Shown: positions 12,520 to 26,374, counted from the first letter of the stretch. The stretch is DNA of 64,000 bases from Eledone cirrhosa (GCA_964016885.1 OZ024740.1:178188001-178252000); one strand, 5' to 3'. Numbers and translations are program-made. Notes: generated from the sequence alone by a model not told the origin.

Positions 12520-13660
12520 ATATGTATGTAAAAGGTAAACAGAAATAACAACACAATCGGTACAGTATATGGAAGGTATATATTAGGTTAACGCTTGATA
12601 TAGCAGGAAGAGGGTCTTAACGTTTCGGATGCTAGTCCTTCATCAGAAGAAAGAATGATAAATAAAATAGATTGGGGGGACGGGCGGGATGGAATTGGAA
12701 AAAATGTCTTTAGATAAAAATAACAGATGCATTCATGTTGACATCTCTTGAGAAAAGGACTCAGGACGCCGACGGCTGAGCTCCCGCCGTTTCGACAGCT
12801 AGATCCGAACTCAGAGTACCCTAACCAAGCACTTTCACACACATAAATACGTAAAAAACAGTCCATGAGGGAAACAGACCCCAAGGCGGTAAATCAGGCT
12901 CTGTTCAGTCCTGTGATCCGTGATGTAAAAGGACACCCAGGACTGAGACATGTAGGGAAGAGTGACCAGGCGAACGGAAATGACGGGCGATGGGAGTGAC
13001 CAAACTGAGTCGTATGTCCCTCAAATGTTCAGCAAAAGGGTCCGATGTATAAAGACCCGCAAATGGAACACCGGAGGGCATAGACCACGTGAGTAGAGGT
13101 GCAGATGAAGGAATGGCGGATACGGAACGACCTGTTAGTGCCTATGAGAGTGTTGAAGGTGGAAATGAAAGGACAAGTGTTATAGCGGCGACGAGAACAA
13201 GGATGAGAGCCAAGTGGAGTCGTAGGAGAGGACGAAAAGGAACTACGTACCAGGAGGTCCTGGAGGTTACGGGCGGGCTTAGGTAAATGCGGTAATAGGA
13301 GGGTTAGCAAAAAAAACGAGAAGTGAGGGTGTCTGAAGAGAGGGTGCGGAACGAATGAAGGATATGTCACCGGAGTGGTAGGTTGATAGGATGGTAGGTG
13401 AGAAGGAAAGGAAGGTGGGTGTTGGGATGGCGCTGGTGAGGTGAGAGGGATGTGGTACGGTCGGTTTCACGGGCGCTCGTGAGAGCAGCTTGGATCTTGG
13501 TGGGGAAAGGGTCTCCACACTGGACGAAGCGGGAGCCATGAGAAGGGAATGGGTTTCGAAATCGTAGTCCTGGCTACAGAGCCGACGAAGACGGAGGAAT
13601 TGGGAATAGGGTATGGAATGTTTGTTGGTGTGGGTTGGATGGGAAGAGGTGAAGTCGAAA
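12520..13660 (-). mobile_element. Neptune-like Penelope retroelement remnant (RT thumb, GIY-YIG, HHR pLTR)
   Basis: Minus-strand IPYSQFLRLRRLCS, HPCSRRRYNTCPFI, FICTSTHVVYALRCSICGSLYIG. Minimal HHR at 12615-12650: UCUU CUGAUGA AGGA CUAGCA UCC GAAACGUU AAGA. Confidence 0.85.
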
Positions 13661-13970
13661 GAAAATTAAATCGCCAAGATAACAATAGAATCTTACCTTA
13701 CCAAATTTAATGATCCCAAATATTTTTTGGTTTAAAAACCCATTATCAAGGGAGTAATCCTATGAGAGACTTAAAAATCGATCGGAGTTAACTTGCTTAT
13801 TTGGAGAGCAGATTTAAGTTAAATGAAGTGTAAAAACGTTAAAATTTCGAACGTGCGCGTTGTGAAATGTATGATATATACTTAATGGTATAATGGGTAT
13901 TTAAAATTTAGGCTCATTAAATTTACTAAGGTACGATTCTTTTGTTATCTTGGCGATTTAATTTTTTTCT
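13658..13970. mobile_element. MITE-like element with about 60-bp imperfect TIRs
   Basis: AAAATTAAATCGCCAAGATAACAA..AGAATC.TACCTTA..AAATTTAATGA pairs with its reverse complement at about 13912-13968. Confidence 0.6.
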
Positions 13971-14051
13971 AATGCATTGTTTGGTTTTAAAAATTATTTA
14001 AATTTGTGTTTCCTATTCAACAATGCTTCAAGCAAGGTACAAAACTCTGAT

Positions 14052-14086
<35 letters not shown>

Positions 14087-14255
14087 CATATATATATATA
14101 TGTATCGTTAAGGGTGAAAGCAGCGATTCTTTGCTTAAACTTTAATCTGTTATTTTAATAAATATTTGCTCTACGGCTCTTATATATTTGATATATATTT
14201 ATTCTTATCGAGCCCTCTTTGGATTTTAGTCTTCAAATTTATTATTATATCTATA

Positions 14256-14312
<57 letters not shown>

Positions 14313-14425
14313 TCAAAAGAGATTGTTTTGGTAAGCAGGAGAAAGTTCTCAACAATCGTAATTTTTAGTTACGATAGAGAATTTTATAAAAATAAAATAT
14401 ATGTAACCTCAGCATCTTATTTTGT

Positions 14426-14458
<33 letters not shown>

Positions 14459-14923
14459 ATACTTGGGGAGGGTCATATTTGTGTAATATTGCCAGAATTA
14501 ATAACAGAACATATATATATTTGTGTGTGCGTGCGCGCGTGAGTGTGTATGTTTGTATGTGCAGGCTGTCATTCACACTTATATTATAGATGTATCTATA
14601 ATAATTATAAATATTATATAGATGCAGAACGTCTGAGTAGGAAATCCTGTGAATGAACAATATATTATCTATTATATTGCCACACGAACTAGAGATATAG
14701 GAATGCCAAATGTTAATAAAATGCATTTGCACTTTTGATTTAGTTCCAGAAGTAAAGTGAAATACAATAACAAACCATGATATCAAACAACTTAAGAAAT
14801 TTAAATATCGTAGGTATAACACTAAATCACTGAAATGATTTTACATAATTCTTTCTGTGGGCAATAAAAATACGATGAACGGGGAAACGAGAGCAGGAAA
14901 GGACCACACATAGACCTACCATA

Positions 14924-14961
<38 letters not shown>

Positions 14962-14965
<4 letters not shown>

Positions 14966-15850
14966 CAAAATAAAGATCCGAAGGCATGGTATAAATTTCC
15001 AATCATTTTAATCACGACACATGTTTCAATAAGAGATAGATCGATCGTGTAGCCATGATCGATTATCACTGATCTCGTCAGGTGAAAATGAATTGTCTTC
15101 AAATGTTCACTCACATATATTAGTCCCTCATATGAAGATCAAGCAGTCAAAACACGGCGACTGCTATCATCCTCAGTTAGGGTCATAAAACTATCAAGTC
15201 TCCCAATAGCTGTAAAAGACTCTGGACATCAATGAAAACTGTAGAGTTACAGTCGGTCACAGTTAATGTGAGTGGGTACACACACGCTCACATATACATG
15301 ACGCGAGGTCAAAGAAAAAAAATATATTTACATATACCAACATAGCATCAAATCTGTAGAACTATAGACGGTCACAGTTAGTGTGAGTGAGTACACACAC
15401 ACTCACACACACCGACGCGAGGTCAAAGAAAACATATAATACATATATTTTTTCTTGTATATGTATATATATATTTTTTCTTTGACCTCGTTTCGGCGTG
15501 TGAGTGTGTGTGTACCCATTTACATTAACTGTGACCCACTGTAATTCTACAGTTTTGATTGATGTCCAGCGTCTTTTACAGCTATTGGGAGATAGAGACT
15601 TGATAGTTTTATGACCCTAACTGAGGACGATAGCAGTCGCCGTGTTAAGACTGCTTGATCTTCATATGAGGGACTAAACTCTGTGAGTGAACATCGTTAA
15701 TATCAAGGATTTGAAGACAATTCATTTTCACCTGACGAGATCAGTGATAATCGATCATGGCTACACGATCGATCTATCTCTTATTGAAACATGTGTCGTG
15801 ATTAAAATGATTGGAAACTTATACCATGCCTTCGGATCTTTATTTTGATA
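14962..15850. repeat. large fold-back (about 370-bp arms) with a hammerhead in each arm
   Basis: + HHR 15728-15801: UCAC CUGACGA [stem II with AUCGAUC/GAUCGAU] GAAAC AUGU GUC GUGA. - copy at 15012-15085. Confidence 0.85.
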
Positions 15851-15976
15851 CAAATACTCCGTTTTACATCATCTAGCTGTTCCCATAAATGGAATTGGAG
15901 ATATACAAAAGCGTGGAGAACTTAATATTGATAACAAAAATTTATTGAACCGTTTGACACAACCAATAATACACCT

Positions 15977-16044
<68 letters not shown>

Positions 16045-16052
<8 letters not shown>

Positions 16053-16672
16053 CGTAAAATAAGAAAATTATAAAATTAACTTACTTACTAAAATATCACT
16101 TCCAACTAATTGGTTTCTGGAATGGAATAAATATATTTTCCGAAGAAAACATGGAGAATCATTCCGTCGTCAGGAAAGACTATTCTCATCTAAGTATCCA
16201 GGCAAAGCGTGGACTCTGGAAACTTATTAAAAAATAATTCAGTGGATAGAAAATAGCAAAGCGTGGACTGAATTCCTAGCCATTGAGAAAATCACTGCCT
16301 CTGCGTCGGTGGCTAATTCAAAAAGAATTGATCACGTGACATCGAGGTCAATCAGTGGAAAGTGGTTTGCTAATAAGACAGCGGCCTGCCTGCTACCATA
16401 GCAGCAGTCATGGCCAATATTGCTCGACAAATAATTTGGAGATAATTATAAAGAATTAATATCTAGTAACATATATATACATACTTTAATAAGTTTCCAG
16501 AGTCCACGCTTTGCCTGGATACTTAGATGAGAATAGTCTTCCCTGATGACGGAATGATTCTCTATGTTTTCTTCGGAAAATATATTTATTCCATTCCAGA
16601 AACTAATTAGTTGGAAGTGATATTTTAGTAAGTAAGTTAATTTTATAATTTTCTTATTTTACGTCTCTCATA
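16045..16672. repeat. fold-back (about 185-bp arms) with a hammerhead in each arm
   Basis: + HHR 16538-16617: CUUCC CUGAUGA CGGAAUG...CAUUCCA GAAAC UAAUUA GUU GGAAG. - copy at 16099-16178. Confidence 0.85.
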
Positions 16673-16785
16673 TTATTGTTCTGCAACCCCATGCATTGAA
16701 CCACAAAGTTACTAAGACAAAAACCTATATATTTGCTAGCATTGATATGCATCTGTATGTATATATATGTTACTAGATATTAATT

Positions 16786-16904
<119 letters not shown>

Positions 16905-17414
16905 TATAGTAATAATAATAAATTTGAAGACTAAAATCCAAAGAGGGCTCGATAAGGATAAATATATATAAAATATATAAGAACCGTAGAGCAAATATTT
17001 ATTAAAACTTTAATCTGTTATTTTAATAAATATATATATATATATATAAAATAAGGCTCACACAATCAAAGTTATTATGCATCAATTATGAGAGTAATAT
17101 GCAGTACTATTATATTCGGATGACACAAAATCGATCTTACGATACGACTCCACCCTCCGCTTATAAGAATTTAAGCAAATGTCCACCCCCGGTTATTCCA
17201 ACCTCCCTATTATTTGGGACCCGAGAGTAGGTGTTTGGAGGGATATTCTTTGTAATGACATCGTTTCTGAATGTTCAAGTTTGCTGTGACAACAAACCAA
17301 GCTTTTCATATGTTCAAGTGGTCTTTCATTTACATTTCTTTAGTTTCTGTATTTTTTTTTTCAACTTATTAATAAACTTTATTGTGTTGTATCAGATGAT
17401 AGAATGGTATTTAA

Positions 17415-18310
17415 CTAATGTATTGGTACGCGATGGGGCCCACCCACAGCCCCGGCGGACAGAATGGAGAAGGCGTTTCCCCGGAGGACAGCAAGGGAGA
17501 CGCGTTGGAAAAGCCACTCCAACTCGCGGGGCTCACACCTGCGGCTGGCCAGCTCAGCGCCTATGGTGGTGAGTAAGGAGGTAGCCCTGGGGCCGAGGAC
17601 ACCAGAAGTTTCCACTGCCAGGGGAACGACCGCAAACCTGTCGGAGAGCGACCGGTATTTGAGGAGTTTGGCCCCCTCAGCCCGACGTGCAGCAGAAACT
17701 GGGTCAGTCGCAGACTGCACCAGGCTGCGGCTGCAGAAAGTGTCGGTGCAAGTGGCATCCCAGACGAGAGGTTTGCCACCGCGGAACGGGAAGATGGTCA
17801 TGCCATCTGGCTTTTTGCCGTCCCCTCGATCCAACCCCACCGGCTCGAGCTGGGAAGGGAAGCCTGCAGCGTCCAAGCCATGCTTAATGACCTCGTTGAG
17901 GGCAGTATGGCGTGGAATTCGGCCGACACTGTGGAGACAGGAAAGCGGGTGGAGGCCGAAATAGTCCACGGTGGAACCGCAGCAACATTGGTGTGGCTGG
18001 CAGATCCGGAGGCCGAGCCTCAGAGAAACGCTGATTCGCCGGCTATGGTTGGAGAAGGAGGGCAGAGCATGGAGCCAGGCACCACTGTGGGGTTTGGAGG
18101 CCGCACGAAAACAAGCAAGGCGGTGCTGGTCAGCTGGTGCGTGAGCCTGTCTGAGGCCAGGCTGCACTGGATGGCATCCCAAGTGCGTTGGGGGGACTTG
18201 ACGTCAACAGGGGGAGAAGGAGGAGGGACGTCTACTGGGCTAAGTCCCAGCCGGTCCCACGTCTTTCAGGCGGCCTCACGTTCTCTGAACACAGGGGGTT
18301 CTGTTGTGTT
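17415..18310 (-). pseudogene. RLE-type non-LTR retrotransposon 3' fragment (CRE-like)
   Basis: GAWLHALP, LRLGL.ICQPHQC.CG..HPLSC, RHTALN, KPDG...LVWDATC, AVETSG, QRVSLAVLRGNA: zinc knuckle plus restriction-like endonuclease. GC-rich island. Confidence 0.8.
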
Positions 18311-20869
18311 TTGATGTAGTTTATGTATTTAGTCTTTGTACAGTATTTGATGATTCGTAGTCTACAGTGTTGCTTACATTGTAGTTTATTGTGCTTTTTT
18401 GTAGAAAGATTGGGGACTCAAACAGTGCTGGCATAATGCAAAATAGATCTGCTGTATTGTTTGCACTCTATTATTGTTATTTTTATTGTTGTTCATTTCT
18501 GTTGGACAAATGAGAGATCTCTTATGTACGTCCTTTAGAGTTATCTTTCTGAGTTGTATATGTTGTAGAAATGTGGTATGTAATTCCTGGTATGTTTGTC
18601 TCTGTATATGGCATGTGTTTATAGTTTGCCGTGTACGGCTTCATTTGCTGCAATTTGTTGTTGCTGGTAAATAGAGAAACGACGAATTCCAGAGGTAATT
18701 CTTAATGTCTGTTATATTCTAGCTAGACTGGAATAGTTGATAAATTGTGTAGCAATGTCTGGAGAATAATGAAAGTATGATCTCATCTGCATATTATGCT
18801 TATGTGTGTTTTGGGGATGTGTGTGAAGATGTTGCAGAGATATAAGTAAAAAAAAGTGAAAGAGAGGAAATTGTTTTTCATGGTACTCCATGCGGGTAAA
18901 TTGTAATTCTTGTTTGTACATTACATAAGCTTTGTGACATGACGGGTAGATAAGAGGCAGTGGAAGCATTTCTGCACGGTGTGGTAGCAAATTTGGTCAA
19001 TTTAGTTGTAGTGATAAGTTTAGCTGTTATTAACAAATATCAACCAAGATATAAAATACTTCGATATGCGATAATCATAACATGTACATAAATTGTAGCG
19101 CATATACAAATATATGTGTGTTTTGGTAATTTGAGTTCCACTACCCCTGTAGATTGGAAGCCAACGTTATGTCTTGTTTCTTAAGGAGGTACTAAGTATT
19201 TTTTGTATAAGTGGATAGTGGACAATAGAGCAAAGATATCGATCTTTGCGTTGAGAATTAGATTGGCACTAGTGGTAGGTATTTTGATTTTGACACTGTC
19301 ATATGTCCTTTGTATTTGGTTTAGCAGTAGTAATGTCGTTGAGTGCAATGGCCAGAATCAGTGCCAGATATAGGACAAATGAGATTCTGTGCTAGTTAAG
19401 TTTATGAGGGGCCCTTACTTGGGCCCTGTTGGAGGTAAAAATATGTTTTGGCAGAAAGATGGGTTCCCCTGGCCAACGAGGCCCTGTGCTTAAGCGCACT
19501 TAAGCAGAATGGTAAATCCGTCAGGGGTCAGAATCGTTTATTGTTTTATTTCGAGAGAGGTGTGTGTGGGTTAAGTGTTTTAGGATTGAGTTTTTCTAAC
19601 AGTGTAGATCGTCTGAACAAGACTAATGAATAATGTACGATGTTATACTTCATATGGGTTTTGTAGAGCGTTTAGAATTGTTAGGACTTTACCCAGCTTG
19701 AAACTTCATGGAATTTAAATGTTGTTACAAGTAGTTGCAGAAATAGTGAGTGTAGTGATTTGACTGCGTAAGCATATATGCAGATATGTGCATATAGATT
19801 TGTTCATATTTATCTATATCATACAAAACAAATTCGTGTGTGTACATACATACACAGATACACACATTCAAACATACATACATGCATCTAATAACTGCAT
19901 ATACAAATGTACAGATACTAAGCATATACACATGCACACATACAACTCAAAACATACACATCCACACATACAATAATATCCATATCACATGCATGCATAC
20001 ATATGCAGGCATGCATACATATCTACCTAGTTGATGTTGTGTAAATTCGAATGAGAGAGTCTTGTGTCTGTTAGAAACCGAATCTCTCTCTATTGGCAAA
20101 AATTTGTGAAATTATAAAACCAGAAGAACATACATACATACATACATACATAATACATAGATTCACACACTACACATACACACCCATCCATCAATCCATC
20201 CATCCATACATGCATACATACATGCATGCATACATACATACATGCATACATACATACATACATACATACATACATACATACATACATACATACATACACA
20301 TTTGTAGCAACGTATGACTTGGAAATTTAAAAGGGAGGAATTTTTCTGGAGACTCAAAGTCTCGTGTTCGACCAACAAACGTTTTACACGCGATAAGATG
20401 AAACTCTATCGAACAAACAAACAAACGAAGGAATGGAAGCAAAAAATAAAGAAAATAATAAAAACGATGAAGCAAGGAAGTAAATAGGAAACCGTGCGAA
20501 CAACATAGTTGTTTGGTTTCTTTGTCTTAAGAGTGATTCAATCAATAATGATTTATTAACTTGGCTTTTGTTTATTTACAGAGTTGTTGGAATGTTAGGT
20601 TAGTGATGTATGTATCTAACGCTAGTTATAAAGTAGAAACTTGTAAACCAGTTGTTACTGTCACTGTTTAGTACTAGAGTAGCATTGAATGAGCAGACTT
20701 ATGTTAAAAAAAGAAGCAAAGAAAAATAGAACGTGAAAATAGAAGAAAAGGAAAAGAAAAGAAAACGTTTCCAAAGGATTTTTTTTTTTTTTACCATTGC
20801 TGATACTATCTTCCCGTCGCAACTCTTGGCAGATCAAAGCCATTTCAGTCATTATGAAATATCGGTTTT

Positions 20870-21100
20870 TCAGAGATACACTAAATACCGGGGCTTGACC
20901 GACGACTTCCTTTTCATATCGGTCGCTGTCGAGACCTCAGATGTCCTTGGTCGCCGCATTGCCAATTTTCTTCATTAAATCGGAAAGATAGCAGCCCACC
21001 TAAGGCAGGAGCACCGTGAGGTGAGGTGGCTGTTGCCGCGGGTGTCGCTGGCTATTTTCCGCGGCAATGCTTTTGCCATTTTATCCGCGGCGCTCAACCA
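20870..21100 (+). pseudogene. second CRE-like LINE 3' fragment
   Basis: KYRGLTDDF.F..VAVETSDVLG and RVSLAIFRGNAF are homologous to the end of 17415-18182. Confidence 0.7.
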
Positions 21101-21463
21101 AATCACCGCACTGACTGGGGTGTAGAGTCTGTCGCCTTCTCCCTTCTTTTCTTTCGTTGCTTAATTCTTTTTTTCTTTTTCTTTTTCTTATTTTCCTTTG
21201 TAGTTTCCTTATTGCCTTGTATATTGTACAGTTTATTTTTTCTACTGGATATTTTGTATTTTATTGTGAAATAAATGATGAAGGACTAACTTATTAATAT
21301 TCTTTTCTTATTTAATATACAAGGACATAACTAGAAGATTTTAGCCGGTCTAGCGCCCACAACGATAGTCTCTCGTTGGATCATTAGTGAACCAGTTAAC
21401 CAGTGTAGTGACAAATAAACATTTCTACATCTGAGTAAACTAGTCAGCCAAAACAACAGAAAG

Positions 21464-21550
<87 letters not shown>

Positions 21551-21553
<3 letters not shown>

Positions 21554-21719
21554 GGGGGGGAGTCCTTCATCAGTGACCCTCCAACCGTCCCAGGCATTTC
21601 ATCGCTTTAAGGGCCATTAAAGCGATGAAATGCCTGGGACGGTTGGAGGGTCACTGATGAAGGACTCCCCCCCTTTTTTATATGTAACCCATTTGCAACG
21701 CCGCAGCTCCATTATTATC

Positions 21720-21720
<1 letters not shown>
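21551..21720. repeat. short fold-back (about 60-bp arms) carrying CTGATGAAGGACT in both arms
   Basis: Arms 21551-21610 and 21617-21674 around loop GGGCCA. The right arm continues with sequence related to the 11700/12222 repeats. (TA)n on both sides. Confidence 0.8.
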
Positions 21721-21753
<33 letters not shown>

Positions 21754-21773
21754 ATATATGTATATACATACAT

Positions 21774-21854
<81 letters not shown>

Positions 21855-22017
21855 AAAAGTTACAGTATCGTAAATGAGGACAGAAAGAGGAGGTATAAAG
21901 AGATGCGATACAGAGTGTTATTTGCCACAGCGGCTGCATAGGTGCTCGATGCTTGTGTAAACAGGGTTAAATATTAGAGGCGTTAATATTTACTGTACGA
22001 AGATAAGCAGAGTTGTT

Positions 22018-22362
22018 ATAAGCGAAAATATTAATGAAAGAGAAGCAAGCCGTTAAAACACATGTATGAAAAGCTCTTACATATGTTTCGCCCAATGTGG
22101 CTCTTCTGAGGCAATTATAAAGGCAAAATATTTAATAAAGTACCCTGTACGGGTATAAACATATTTTAACATCAAAATGCATTATTCCGTATAGAAAATG
22201 CATTCTGATGTTAAAATATGTTTCTACCCGTACAGGGTACTTTATTAAATACTTTGCCTTTATAATTGCCTCAGAAGAGCCCCATTGGGCGAAACATATG
22301 TAAAAGCTTTATATAGATGTGTATTTACGGCTTGCTACTCTTTCATTAATATTTTCGCTTAT
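22018..22362. repeat. fold-back (about 165-bp arms) with variant hammerhead
   Basis: + 22268-22307: CAGAAGA GCCC CAUU GGGC GAAAC AUAU GUA. The reverse copy at about 22075-22112 has the same CAGAAGA core. Confidence 0.75.
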
Positions 22363-22394
22363 ATATATAGAGAGAGATAGATACATAGATGGAT

Positions 22395-23410
22395 ATTAAT
22401 AAAAGTAGCGGGCCGACCGGGAGCTCGTCGGTTTCGGATAGTTACCTCTTTTAAAGAGGTAACTCGCCAAAACGGTCCATCCTCTACGTTTACTAATTTA
22501 TCCACTCTTTATCATACCATGTATCGAGTACTTCTCTGATTTGTGGTTTTCCCGGATCCAGTACTGATGGTCAATCAATTGTTAGTCATATTAATTTTCG
22601 TTGATAACCCTAATTATTTTGTTCAATATTGCCACTACACAACTGATTCTTTTGGGAAAAACCCTGTTTCTGGATTTATTTCAGGTGGCATTGAATACAA
22701 TGGTGTGCGACACGACGCTGCAGTCCCATGGAAGCAAGAAGCTCCTGGTGGAAATGTGATTTCATGAAATGTGATTTCATGAATTTATCAAGTTATATTT
22801 ACTCTTGGAAGTAATTCCAGTGGAGTGCTGAAATCGAAGATGCCTTAATTCCCATCTCTTTTCAATAACACAATAGTGGCAGACACGAAAGCAGAGCTGG
22901 TGAATTTCAGCATGTTGAATACTTGAATACTTGATAAAATGTCTATTTTTTTTCAGTGTTATTTACTGGACAATGGCCACTGAAGATCCATATACAGATT
23001 CCGGATTGTTGATGCAACACTGATTACTGGAATATACACTTATTTACGTAACATTTACTAGCAGTTCGGCTTTTTGTGAAACTAGCACTGCTTTCGGTAT
23101 ATATCAATAATTTTTTATGTTTTTATTGACTGATTCGATGATCGATTGTTTGATGTTAGTTATATTAATTTTGTTGATGATGACCATAATTAATTTGTGG
23201 GATATATCAATTATTTTGATATATTCATAGGATGATTTGATGGTCGATTGGATGTTAGTCATATACATTTTTGATGATAATCCTTATTATTTTATTCAAT
23301 ATTGCGACTACACCACTGATTCTGTAGTGAAATACTCTGTTACTGGATTCATTCCAGTTTGCATTGAATAAGGTGTGTAGCACGATGTTACAGTACCATG
23401 GATGCGCGAA
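22395..23410 (-). mobile_element. highly degenerate PLE remnant with partial HHR
   Basis: Minus 22403-22466: hairpin AGUUACCUCU/AGAGGUAACU then GAAACCG..CGGUC. Weak GIY-YIG-like traces. Internal duplication 22570-22730 / 23245-23402. Confidence 0.35.
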
Positions 23411-23439
23411 GCACCTCGTATATCAATATTAATATAAAA

Positions 23440-23625
23440 GGGCGGTGGATTGGCAGTATCGGTAGAGGGTCGGACGTCATGCTTTCAAGCATAGTTACGT
23501 CCCTTTACGATCTGAGTTCAAATCCCGCCGAGGTTGACTTTGCCTTTCATCCTTACGGGGTCGATAAAATAAAGTACCAGTAATGCACTGGGTAATTGCT
23601 GGCCTTGTGCCTAAAGTAGAAACAA
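23440..23625 (+). mobile_element. full-length SINE copy
   Basis: GGGCGGTGGATTGGCAGTATCGG...GAGTTCAAATCC...GTGCCTAAAGTAGAAACAA. Confidence 0.85.
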
Positions 23626-23714
23626 ATATTAATATATATATATTGGAATATATGTATATATACACCTGTCCGTGTGTCGATAAGTTGAAAATAATTTGTT
23701 CTTTTTATTAGCAA

Positions 23715-24623
23715 CTAGCAGTAAAGCCCGGCGTTGCTCGGGGTCGCTCGCTGTGTTAAAGTTACAATGTTAAGTTTCTTTTTTGGCTTAAAAACTGTAG
23801 TGTCTACTGTGCAGACTTGCATCTGGTGTTTTTGATTAATATTCCCTCAACCAACAATATGCCTTATGAAGTTAAGAAAACATAACGATAACCCGAATGT
23901 TATAACAAAAGAGGATGCTGGGGATAAAAACTGCACTGGTTATTTATTAACAAAGATCGAAAATGTAAACACTGCAACGCAGAGAAAAACATTAGCGTAA
24001 CCAAATTATCAGTTATGTCTGTCTGCACGCCTATATCACCTCTCTGCACGACTGTCTGTCTGCACGCCTATATCACCTCTCTGCACGACTGTCTGTCTGC
24101 ACGCCTATATCACCTCTCTGCACGACTATCTGTTTGCACGCGTATATCACCTCTCTGCACGACTGTCTGTCTGCACGACTGTCTGTCTGCACGCCTAACG
24201 ACGAAATATTTGCTTGTTTTACGTAGTCTTTAAATAGACTTGTTTTCAAGTAAAAATATTGTTTTAAAATGCTTTTAAATGGAAATGAAGCAAAACGGAA
24301 GCTTAGTGTTCGAACTGATGAATTTTGCAGGTCAATATTTTGCTGGCTCGACAACTGTTAAAGCCAGCGTAATTTTTTACGTAAGACGCTCAATGTAAAC
24401 AGAACAAAGGGAAATAACTGATAACTTACACTCAAAAATCGATACATTATATTCGATTTCGTCACATAGGGTGGGTCAATTTGAAATTTATTTTTCCGAT
24501 GTCTTCGCTAGGGCTCAATGTACAAGTATAGCAATTTCGGTGCAATTCCGTGAGAGATTCTAAGAGGAGATGTGTGCCAAAAATCGATAGACAGACAGAC
24601 AACCACAGTTTTATATATATAGA
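23715..24623 (-). mobile_element. non-autonomous Helitron with internal minisatellite
   Basis: Minus strand: A|TCTATATATATAAAA ... hairpin CCCGAGCAACGCCGGG, 8 nt, CTAG|T. (GACA)n near the 5' end. About 35-bp tandem repeat at 24015-24195. Confidence 0.8.
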
Positions 24624-25342
24624 TTAGCGTATGATGGCTTCGCTGTGAAGCTTCTCGGAAAGTGATTTTTATAATGATTCAGGTGCTAAATATGTTTGTA
24701 CGATTTAGGTATCGGGGCTTTCGCAAACATGGAAGCGTTTGTCTGTGGTTTATAAACTCCCTCACATAACTGTTAACATTTGATAATGCCATATGGGTGT
24801 CAGTTGCTGTTGTAATGATTGCATAATAGCTGCATCCTGGTGTCACTGGAATACGTATTATGCAATAAATACAATTATGTAGCATCTGTCTTAACGTTTA
24901 TTCATACATAGAAACTCCATCGCGTCTGATCGCCATGGTAATGCTGGATATATACGACTGACGTGGAATGCGCTTAACTGATTACACCTGTCTATCAACG
25001 TAACGTCGCAACACAACTCTACGGATAAGAATCTCCTTAATTAGTAACTATATATAACTATATATATATATTCGGTCGTCTTCCACTCACTCGATGCTTT
25101 AATTAAGCTAGTATTCTTAAGATACCAACCCAAATGAAAACTGAGTGCGTTTTGTGTGGCAGAGAATTAGATTCTCTCTTCCCGGGCTAATTAATTAGAT
25201 TCCATGACTACATCAGCTGACGACAGTCCATATGGAGCTGGCGTTCACAGAAAATTATATATATTTATAACCAAATAAAGCGAGAGATATATATATAGCG
25301 AGAAAGAGCCATATGTCGCATGAGAAATACGGTATATTGTAT

Positions 25343-25981
25343 ACAGTGGTACCCGGAGTTGCACGGGATAAGGTATTTTGGAACGCGGGCCGCCAACAGA
25401 CCTAATCGTGGAAAAACTGCATGCCTGGACAATATGTAAAGAAAATAAACCGAATACTCCGATGGCTGGATAATCTTTAAGATTTTCCTCGATGAAGCAG
25501 GAAAAATACAGGTTTTCACCTAATGCGGGGCCTAGGGGATCAAGAAAATGAATTTATTTTATGTCCATAATATGCCTTGAAATTTCGGGAAATCGGCTAG
25601 ACGTAACGGCTAAGAAAAGCTCTAAAAAGCTGAAAAAAATGAAGTTTTTCACCTAATGCGGGCCTTAGGCCATAACAAAATTGGATTTTCTTTGCTCACG
25701 GTATGAAGAAGTGACTGACTAATACATAGTTAGAATTTCAAGGAAATCGGTCTGACGTAACACCTAAAAAACCCCCTAAAAATCTGAAAAAACACAGTTT
25801 TTCACCTAATGCGGGCCCTAGGGGATCAAAAAGTTGAATTTGTTTATGTGCATAACACTTCCTGAAATATAAGTAATACACATGTAAAGTTTGGAAAAAA
25901 TCGGTTGGGTACTTCTCGAGTTTTAGGGATTCAAACTCACAGACACACACACAGACAGACATCCTTAGTTTTATATATATA
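25343..25981 (-). mobile_element. degenerate non-autonomous Helitron
   Basis: Hairpin CCCGGAGTTGCACGGG at about 25352, ACAGACAGAC...GTTTTATATATAT end, and three internal repeats TTTTCACCTAATGCGGGCC. Confidence 0.6.
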
Positions 25982-26374
25982 TTCTGTAGAAGAATACGTA
26001 CAAAATCTTCATTCTATATTTCCATTAGAATGGTGAGGCTAAACCTGAGTACCTGAGTCACATGTGGTTTAATTTAATTGATAGTTTATCTTTGATGATC
26101 GAATGTATTGATTTTTATTTTCTCATTTCGATGATTGATTACAAAGATCGATTTTTTAGTCATAGTCTACAGGTATGAAATAGCGCTATAATGTTTCACA
26201 TTTGATTCCACCTTTGTACTTATTTTTTTACAGAATGATTCTCGTGCGATATATGCTTCTTTCTCTCTATATATATACATATATCTCTTTATTTGGTTAT
26301 TATGGCTCTGGATAATGTCTACTGAGCTTGCTTATTGAGAAACACAATATTCTAAACATATTTCATATGGTGCT

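Noticed and set aside
9832-16672. Fold-backs interpreted as MITEs or pre-miRNAs
   Set aside because: No common TIR or TSD signature, unequal arm ends, HHR cores and PLE linkage; arms are too long for typical pre-miRNAs.
18310-19720. Possible very old PLE RT/EN on the minus strand
   Set aside because: Only faint motif echoes (IDIFAL..., strand-biased composition); cannot be supported without an alignment.
24015-24195. CRISPR-like repeat array
   Set aside because: Tandem units without unique spacers, inside a eukaryotic Helitron.
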